DNA of 59,975 bases, the filler included, from Sphacelaria rigidula (Eukaryota): NCBI GenBank assembly GCA_964200075.2. It is 7 parts of 7 records of this genome, joined end to end, with 100 filler letters (N's around TTAATTAATTAA, not from the genome) between each part and the next. Parts side by side here need not be neighbours in the genome. Positions count along the whole stretch, not along the records: positions 42,914 to 51,394 come from CAXNAA020011006.1; positions 51,495 to 59,975 come from CAXNAA020011007.1; 5 more parts are not named here. The stretch is one strand, 5' to 3'. Shown piece by piece: positions 51,008-59,975 of this stretch; positions within the stretch are counted from its first letter, which is position 1; each line of letters opens with the position of its first letter. Under the pieces are notes generated by a model that was not told the origin of the DNA, searched no databases, and worked only from the letters and a program-made list of their open reading frames with translations. The position numbers were made by a program, and so were the translations under genes.

Positions 51008-51166
51008 CTGAACATGATCCTGGCTCCCAGGGGCACCGCCAATCCCGCTAGCCGCTCCGCTCGCGGCATTCCCGGCACCCAGTGGTGGTATTTCTCCCCT
51101 TGCGATTCTAGCATCCGTTTCCTCCGCCCATGCCAACATCTCCTCGTAGGTCGGTACTGGGGTGAC
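51008..51166 (-). CDS. Candidate exon, unknown protein
   Basis: cccag|VTPVPTYEEMLAWAEETDARIARGEIPPLGAGNAASGAASGIGGAPGSQDHVQ|GTAGAG; 159 nt, phase 0/0. Confidence 0.5.
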
Positions 51167-51779
51167 CTGGGTACGGAAGTGGCAAAATGACGAGGGCACG
51201 GAAACCGTTCAGTTTGCACACACGAGTGACAACACCGGACGTTGAATCACTTCCATCGGATATGTTGTTGTTGTTGTCGTCGTCTTCTTCCGTGATCATA
51301 GGCTAGCTAGCTACCTGGGATTAGGTATGAGCGAATGAAAGAAAGGGGGGGGGGGGAGAAAAGACACGAGAAAAGCAAACCGGGATGCTTGGAGNNNNNN
51401 NNNNNNNNNNNNNNNNNNNNNNNNNNNNNNNNNNNNNNTTAATTAATTAANNNNNNNNNNNNNNNNNNNNNNNNNNNNNNNNNNNNNNNNNNNNTTTAAA
51501 GGAAGTCGCAGAAGTTCGCGTGCATTACTGCGCAAAGTTGTCGAATGCGTTCGATACATATATATATATATATATATGTATACTGGTTAGAAAATATGGT
51601 GACAGAAGAGGCGACCCGGTATATATGCCTCCTGATACCTATCTGGTCACCGGTGCGGGGCCGCCCATCCCCTTTCCAGCATGTAATATAAATATATTGG
51701 CTAAACATCACGACGACAGAAAACGCGGGTCGATATGCGCCTTTTGGTACCCCTGTGGTCACCGGGGCTGTGTTGCTTA

Positions 51780-52646
51780 TACCCTGGACAATATAGTATG
51801 TTCCAATATGATACCAATACTTTTTTTGGAGCCAGCGCAAATATTGTCCTTTCAATATATATTGTGTTGAGATGTCCTCGGAGACATTAAAGCAACAACA
51901 TATATTGCTCGTGTCATGATCATGAAGTAATGCATGTCAATATATATTGTGCATGCCGGCCGTGTATGTATTGAAGTGTCAATATATATTGAGTCGAGGC
52001 GATGCGTAGCATATTGTTACCGTAATATATATATATATATATATTGAACGCAAACCATGCAGAAGTATTGTTTTTCCAATATATTGCGCACGCTGATCGG
52101 ATAGCAATTGTGCAGCCAATACATATTGAACACGCTTGTGGAGGAATACATTGAGCATTTTCGGCATGTAAAATACGTCTTTGAATGGCGCCCGCGAACA
52201 AAGAACTGCCCACAATACTAATTCCAATACACTTTCCAATCTATATGTTGAAGATCAATATATTTTGCTACATCGACATGTATTGTGACCGTCGGTTCCC
52301 TCGTGTATTGTCCACCCAATATATATTGGCGCTTCGGGTGTCGAGTATATTGAATCGTCAATATATATTGACCTCGGGTGGCAGCAAATACACTGCCCGA
52401 TAAATGCATATTCGTGCCTTTTCGCACCAACATATTTACTCGGCCAATATATATTGAGGTGGCGCGTGTCGTGATATATTGTTCGGCCGATAAATATTGC
52501 ATGTCGCGAGCCTTGATATATTGATGGCACGATATATATTGACCCTCTCTCGTGTAATTATATTGCTCGCCCAATATATATTGACCACTCGACGCCTCGA
52601 TATATTGAGCGGGCAATATATATTACATTTTGTATTGTCTAGGGTG
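51780..52646. mobile_element. Non-autonomous TIR element (CACCC-type end, CACTA/CMC-like) filled with a phased CAATATATATTG motif array
   Basis: Ends (T)ACCCTGGACAATATA / TGTATTGTCTAGGGTG; internal TATATTG-N6-CAATATATATTG-N17 units. Confidence 0.7.
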
Positions 52647-52769
52647 TGCAAACTTTCAAGCTATGGTTCCACATGATCAAGTGGTTACACCGATGGTTCG
52701 TGAACAGCTGGTGACAGTGGCTAATGGCAATGGTGAGCACGTGAACAAAAAAACCTACCTTGTCCAAAC

Positions 52770-55700
52770 CGCTTTACACATCAGCTGGGGGGCGTTTGCG
52801 TTGGATCCATATTCATGTGCGGTCATGCCGGTTACAGGCATGTAATAACGATGGGGATCCCTATGGTGGAGGCACTGGGCGTTGACGTGTACAACAGTTT
52901 GGGCGCCTGTGTGCGCGAGAGGACACACTTCAGTGAGTGGTGCAGGCATGCACGATTTCAACGACTGTCCGCGTATCGATATTGGGGTCGAAGCATTTTA
53001 GCAGCCAGATAATCGGGAGGTGCCCGGGGATCTCTCAGTCGAGCGGCGGTCTGGAGGTGAGCATGATCCCGGAATAAAAGCTTGCTGAGCGCGAGTTTGA
53101 ACTGGAGGAGGCGGTACAGGTCGCCGCGAGAAATGACATGTCGGAGAGCAGCGTGAGCCAGCTTCGCGAGCTTGTAAGGAGCAGTGCAAACGCCTTTCGG
53201 CGAGCGCTGGGTGGTGATCCGCCTGCTCGTGTCGAGCCCCTGAAGGTGAAGTTCAAACCTGGTGCTGTGACGATCGAGGTTAGGCCGCGGTCATACTCTC
53301 TGAGTAAGGCGGCGTTGTTGGCAGGCTGACGACCGTGGTGGCGATCGGGCTCGTGTACCACACACTGCAGGCAATGTGGATGGCCGCGGCGATTGCAACG
53401 CCCAACAAGGGTGGTTCTCGAATGGTCAGTGATTTTCGTGAGGGGGAGAAGGTCTCGCGTCCCCCTAGGAGAGACGGTGCATGCTACTCGCCCAAGGGAG
53501 GTGATGCATTTTGATTTTCTCTATGCTGACGAGAGTGGTCCTTTAGGAGGGAATGGATCAGAGGAGGGGGTATGGTTCCATGCATGTTTGGGTGATGACG
53601 GACTATTTCAGCAACGTATTGTGGTTGAAGTCCGCGAAGTTATGTACGGCAGTTAGTGAGAAATTTCCTGGACGTTTCTTTGTACGGTCGCAACGGTTGG
53701 TGCTGATGGTATCTCAAAGCTTGACGCTGGTGGTAGTTGTACCAAGCGAGTAGACACGCTGTGCTAGGAGTATAGATGTATGGCGGCCTTAAAGGTGCCG
53801 CTTGAGGGCAAGACAGTTCTGAAAGGACGACCTTGTAAAACGGTCCGTAGACGAAAGTAACAAAGGTGGGTGACTCACCGCTACGTTCCACAACAGACTG
53901 GAATGCCAGAGAGTACCTGCGATCTATGATGCTATCTGGAGACGCTCTTGAACACTACGTTACGAAGCGTTGACTTCGTGATCTCCAAATCCTCATTTCC
54001 TATTACTCCCTCTCGGAGCAACCACCTGCTATTTTTTGTTTCTTTGTTACACTCAGCACAATCATCTCAGGACGGTGTTCTACCCTCGTCACTCAGATGA
54101 CAAGAAAAACAATAACAGGTCCTACAGCTAAAGTGGAGTTAGGCGTTGAACGCGTTGGTCGGCTTGACGAGGGTAGCGGTGCCTGTGTTTGCTGATGCGC
54201 TTGGTTCCCATGTCGGCAACTTGGTCTTCGGTCTTGACTAAACGAATGCTGGTTCTGCCCACCTCAACTGGTTCATGGATAAAGAAGTATCGCAGAGCTA
54301 CGTGTTTGACTCGCAAGTTGTAGGTACCGTTGCCCATGATGTGGGGAGTTGAGGTGTTGTCAGTGTAGACGGGAAATGAGTCATAGCGCGTACCAAACCC
54401 CAGCTCACGCATCATGTTCGAGCAAAATACGGCCTACTTAATGTCGAGAGCTGCGGCCGAGAGCTCTTTCCATGGTCGATTGCGCCGTCAAACTCCTCAT
54501 ATCCAGGTGCCATTTTACGTACAGATCGTTCTAAGGTTCGGCGTTCAGAAGAGTGGTGTTGTAGCCCAGCTGCTGGTGCTCCAGACTATGCTCCGCCGCT
54601 ATTGTTGACACCATGCGGATGCTCTGAATCCTGCACATTGGTGCGAACGCGCTGCCGCCGTCGACGCCGGGGGCGTGTCCCAAGCCCAGCCCGACGACTC
54701 GATCCTTGTAAGAGTTGTCTGCTATATTCTTAGAGTCATCGAAAGCCGATCATCTCGTTTCCGGTTCAGACGGTGTGTCGTTGTGTAGTCATACTCCATG
54801 ACGAATTGTGCTTCATATATCTGGCGTCTCATCTCGGATAGGAGCGCATTGGTGTAGAGCCTCAGCAGCCGTAGCTCGGAAAACGTGCTGTCATCGGCGA
54901 TCGCTGAAACGTGCGTGGAAATGAGATTGTATTCGTTGTTGTTGTTGTCGTTGTCGTCGATGATGATGATGATCGGCTCGCGCCGGTGGCAGGAGAACCA
55001 AGCAAGCAGACACGCCGCGCTAGGAGGATAGACAGGAGATGGCGTCAAAGGTGCCGCTCGTGGGCAAGACAGTCCAGGAAGAACGACCGTGTAGAACAAC
55101 CCGTCGAGACAGGTGACAAAGATACGTGACTCCCCATCACGCCCCACATCAGACCGAAATGTCGGAGATAGCGCCGGCGATCCACGACGCTATTTGGAGA
55201 CGATCCTGTACTTGTCCCCTGATCTCTCACCGAACACAACGCTACGAAGCGTTGCCTCATTTTCCTATCAGCAACGAGGATGGTAAATAATCTATGGGCA
55301 TGGCGCGAGGAACTGGGGCCACGGGAGGTATGGGTCAACGATGTTGCATCGGTCAACGATGTTGCATCGCATTTCAAGAATCGCGTGATGAGAGCGCTCG
55401 GGAAGGCGCTGAAGCTGGATCGGAGATTCGGGGTGGCACACTCGCCGTGATCCAATGATACCAGTGAGCGAGTGATTTGTAAGATTGTTTGTGCCTTGAA
55501 GGTCATGCTACGGGAAAAATGAAGCAATTTTCGTGACTGGGCTGGTTTGGTGCCCGCCGTACAGCGGGCATTGAACAGCGCTTTCCGAGAGCGCTATGCG
55601 AGCATACCATACCATGTGATGTTCGGGGGGGGCACCGCGCAGGACTTTCCCTACCCTGACGTCCTCAAGTGAGGTCGACTAAAAAAGCGATGTGCTTGAC

Positions 55701-56260
55701 GAAGAAGCTTTGCGAAAGAAGGTTGCGCAACGTGTCGAGAAGAATCATGAGCTACAGAGACGCGTGGCTGGTGAAGAGCAGGTTCGAAACTTTGCGGTTG
55801 GTGACTACACACTGGCGGCAAGCGTGAGGCGTTCGGGAACAACGCCGAAGCTCCTGAGCACGTGAACGGGTCCTTGGCGGAGCGTGACAGTGTAGAAACA
55901 GCACGTCTACGGGGGCCAGAGCATTGTGATGGGCGAGGTACAGGACGTGCATGTCGCCCGCCATTCGATTCTCCGCAGACAAAGAGCTGGGGGTTGCTGC
56001 TTATCTGAAAAAATGTGCTCCAACACGCTGTTTCACAAGGAAAGTCTAAGATGGTGGCTATCGTCGGTATATATGAGGCCGAGATAGGAGATGTAATCTA
56101 TGTACGAGTGGACTGGGTCTCGGTTCTGGTCAGGACGAAAACTCATGGGAGCTGTTAGAAACGTTTTTGGAAGGAGCACGTCAAATTGTCAAATCTGAGC
56201 TGCGTATGTTGGGACCTAATAACAAGATGCGGGTACGTTTGCACGACAAGTACGGTATCA
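52770..56260 (+). mobile_element. Heavily deleted Gypsy relic related to the 20711-25536 element
   Basis: GDPPARVEPLKV, PLGETVHATRPREVMHFDFL..ESGPL, VWVND..HFKN, PYHVMFG and a chromodomain-like end, collinear with the first element. Confidence 0.85.
53654..55270 (-). mobile_element. Internally deleted Ty1/Copia element nested in the Gypsy integrase
   Basis: Copia RNase H (YTDNTS..KHVALRYFF..EDQVADMGTK) at 54128-54415; diverged LTR-like repeats 53654-54005 and about 54955-55270, both ending CCTCATTT(T)CCTATYA; PPT complement CTCCCTCTC at 54006. Confidence 0.8.
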
Positions 56261-59200
56261 AGCACCGAGCGCTGGTTTCATGGTATGGTCGACTCCCACT
56301 GATTGAGATGGTAGTGTGCTTTGCGCGTTTGCGTTGTGTGTCGGTATGGTATGACTGGCGAACGCCATTGATTAAACTATTTTATCACTGATTTGAATTG
56401 AAACAAGTGCATTTCACAGTGTCAATGTTCAGGGTTGTGCCAATTATCACACTTCGTGTGGAGCATGACGTTGCATGGTCGTGTCATTCAACCGACGGCC
56501 AAATGTTGCATAAACGTGATTGTCGGTGTCTACTGTTTGTCGAGCGCGCTTTCTACTTCAAGTAATGCGGAACTTGGGAAGTGCTGTAGGGTATATCACC
56601 TGCAGTACACATGCAGTGCGTGGTACGAGTAACGCTGTTGGTGAAGCGGCTAGGATATTAGGTTTACATGAGGTGGCTCTGCGGTGCCCACCGGTGTGTA
56701 TCTGTATCTACTCTGCTGCCCTGAATCCCTTGGGGCTTTTGCTTTTATTGTTTTTTATTTCATTTGCTCTTAACGTTGCTGTTCTTTTCCTTTTCCGTTT
56801 TTTTTAGGTCGGCCATTTCTTTTTTGCTTGTATTGACTTTTTTAATTTGTTACGACGTAGTCTGCTGTGTCGTTCTGCTCGACTTTTTGTTTGGTTCTGT
56901 TCCTTCTTTTTTTTCAGGGCGTGTTTCAGTTTCGTTTTTCTTGGGTACGTCTATCATGAGACCCCGGCTGGACCCCTGGGAGGTCAGTTGAAGTGCGACA
57001 ATCAATCAATCGAATCAAATGAGATTATGCCACGGGATATTATCTGGAAAATGATTCTCTGGAGGATGACCATGGCTTATGGAAATGTATTATGTGTGTG
57101 AGGAGGTGCAAGGCCACTTCCTTTAACAAATACTGCGTGTGTGATACATCACTTACCTTGAAGCCTCCAGCCCCTGATGAGGGAGGAAGCCCTTGGAGGA
57201 GTTATGTCACCTTGATAAGTCTACAAGGGTCTACAATATATTATCATGTACAGGAGGACGTTTTCAAAGGAGATCGAGGGTCGAATGAGGGTTGGTTAAT
57301 ACGATGAAATGCGCACCGTTTAAAAGCTCCTACGAAGATATATCTATGGAAACGATCTTCGGGTGGCAATCATCACTATACTGTTTGAGTGCAACTCCAG
57401 TTTTGAAAAATACCCACAGCAACGGTGCAATAGGTAAGCTAGTGAATCAGGCTCCAAGGTGTCCAGCACGGGGCAGCTTGCTTGATCCCTCTACAGTATT
57501 GCCCTTGTACTTACCGGGACACACACAGCTTGGTCGAAAAACCTTGCTCCAAGCCAGCACGAGTATCCATCTCGGTGCAGAGCTTCCCATGCCATGCGAC
57601 GCTCTTCCACAGTCTCACCAAGACCCATTTGCAAGATGAATCTCTCATCGTCTCTACTGACGGCATCTTCTCCAAGTGGCCTGCGGTGCGGCTGGTGTTG
57701 GTCTCGTTGCGCAACGCCGCAGATCGAACGATCGCTTGTGAAGAGGAAAATAGCGAAAACTTGTGCTATAACATACTTCGATAAGCTGAGAATACATGAA
57801 GTCACTGTACGCCCACGCCACGAGCCCATGGTCCCGTAGCGGGGGCAACAGTACTAAAGGGAGAGCCCGACAAAGAGATCCATCCTAGATCCAACCGGCA
57901 TGTATCGCGCAAGCTATTGTCATACTTCGTTTTCTTTTTATTAGGGTTGGGTCTCGTTATACATCATTATAGTCTATCTCCCGCAACTCCCACACCACAC
58001 CGCGAGCCACTTACTGCTAGATAATGATTTTACCCCTGTGGTCCGACGTTTTTATGCTTGCAATATTCGGAGCTAAGTACTCGGGTTCAGTTCTGCAGCG
58101 TTTCGTGATCGCGGGTCTGTATGTCCTCAGCCGGGAGGTCACTCTTGATCTTTGTTGTTCACAACAACAGTACAGTGCAGGAAACAATGAGATGGAGGGT
58201 GGTAGCCAAGCCCCCACCAGAGGTATAAGCTTGTTGGCTGACGGACAAACAGATTCCATCAATCTCGTGCCCTCCAACCCTTTTGTGGTTCTCGGACGGG
58301 GAAGCAACAGGTGGGCATAATATATTCATGAACCTCGACTCGGTGCGAGAGATACGGTGAGATCTGCCGCATGGGACGGTATTCGGCGCCCCTCAGGTCG
58401 TTCTTTGTGACACTCGATCACCTCGATAAAACCTGCCCTTGTACCGTATGCTCCCAAGATATGTACTTATTTATCAACAGATCTCAACGAGGGATTTCAA
58501 ACTTCGTGCATATTCACGTTTTGGCCTCGTGATCGCCCCAGTTATTTCCTGTCCAGCAAGTTGAGGTTGTACATGCGTGGAAATGGGGTGCCATACCTCG
58601 CCATATCATTTCCCTCGAGGCATGTTCAATTGTACTTGGGACATCTGCACTGTTTTGCAGCGCATGTCCATGGTCGCGCCTATGCCCTGATCGTTTTGAG
58701 ACTTACAGCTGTTTATGCAGCAAGAATCGCAGGTATTGATCCTCTAAGATCCGACCGTACTCTCGGTGAAATACCCCGAGGGAGAGTACGCTTGATACGT
58801 CGCATACGGTACTTCGGAGTTAGTGGTCAAGGTCCAGGAGGTGTGCATGGTGTGAACACATGCTTTATTCATCGACAGCGATCACACGGTGAAGATGTCG
58901 CTGCGCTTTGAGCGTAGTATCATGACTCGGTGTTTTCGTTCTCTGTATGCTAAATGGAACAAGAACGTTCTGAGTATTATCTTGAATTTTGAATGTTGTG
59001 TGGTCGTTGCAGACAGATCAGTACCTGCCAAGGGCGTATCTTAGGCACATAATTTTTCAACCGAGAAATGGCGGCGGAAAAAAAAAATCCAATCTGACGA
59101 CCTTCAACACAAATTACGTGGACATGAAGGAGGCGCGGTCTTTTATCGGAAGTGATTATTCCTTTTCAAGAAATCGCTTTTGGAGAAGTGAACGCACCCA

Positions 59201-59623
59201 CAACGACCAGTGCTGCGTCTCATCGACAAGCAGTTTTGTCCAGATCGAAGCCCAGATCTGCACACAGGTAAATAATGCGGCGGTTCTGGAAGTGGCGGTT
59301 AGTCCAGTATGTCGGTACTTCTGCGGACACGACGCAACGAGGTAACATAGCGCCGACACACCGAGTCACGAAAACTGACGCATACACGCCCACCACTCAC
59401 GCAAATTAGCCCAAGCACTACGAGCTGGGCCAGCCTAAAAACGGATCTAAGCTCTAAAAGCAACATCTCATCGACACAGACGGGTTGAGCCGTGACCCGC
59501 ATATCGTATTAATCGTCTAACCAGGGGGAACGTGCCCACCTGATTAAAAGTTTGGGCCCACATTTTCTGAGGCGAGCTGAGGATTTGTACGTAAACAATG
59601 GTTGGTACTATGGAGATGCCGCC

Positions 59624-59658
59624 AACCCTAACGCTAACCCTAACCCTAACCCTAACCC
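59624..59658. repeat. Short interstitial telomere-like (CCCTAA)n tract
   Basis: AACCCTAACGCTAACCCTAACCCTAACCCTAACCC; degenerate versions near 49025-49047 and on the opposite strand near 49230-49255. Confidence 0.8.
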
Positions 59659-59975
59659 CGACCAAGGCATACCGAGAACCCTCGGACAAGGGGGTGCAGA
59701 GTGTTCCCTAGGCAAAGTGTGCGCTGCCAGAGCTCAAATCGACGCCTTTCAGCCGATTTTGGACCAAAACACGTTCTGGACGAGCTGGGTCCACTGCTCA
59801 CCTGCCCCAGACCATGAACTTTCTCGAAACTTTGTTCAGTCTAAAATCAAGTAAAATCGAGTACCAACCATTGTTTACGTACAAATCCTTAGCTCTACTG
59901 CATTTTCTCGTCGATTAAACCCCATGTCTAGTAATTCCTATACATAACGGAGGTGGTTTCCATACTAAAATCTCT

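Noticed and set aside
51837..52625. CRISPR array
   Set aside because: The repeat is split and short, spacers are only about 17 nt, there are no cas genes, the context is eukaryotic, and the array lies between TIRs.

Overview
Eukaryotic, intron- and repeat-rich DNA, most likely a brown alga (an inference from repeat families and splice style). The window is not one locus. It is seven contigs of 8485, 8483, 8482, 8482, 8481, 8481 and 8481 bp, sorted by length and joined by 100-nt N/TTAATTAATTAA linkers, so nothing should be linked across gaps. Genes supported by spliced exons: the 3' end of a TUL1/FLY1-type membrane RING-H2 E3 ligase (minus, 15450-16764), the last two exons of chaperonin CCT6 (plus, 17400-18243), a six-exon DUF2306-type membrane protein (minus, 34959-39418) and a long low-complexity first exon (minus, 6550-7540). 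Mobile DNA dominates: a decayed two-LTR chromodomain Ty3/Gypsy element (20711-25536), a second Gypsy relic with a nested Copia element (52770-56260), LINE 3' ends, tRNA-derived SINE heads, and many MITEs with piggyBac-, hAT-, Sola2-, Harbinger- and CACTA-like ends. The most unusual structures are a 42-43 bp phased motif/unique-spacer array inside a TIR element (51780-52646), a perfect 90-bp palindrome (10088-10177) and an in-frame TGA in the E3-ligase linker exon. I found no convincing novel multi-gene system.
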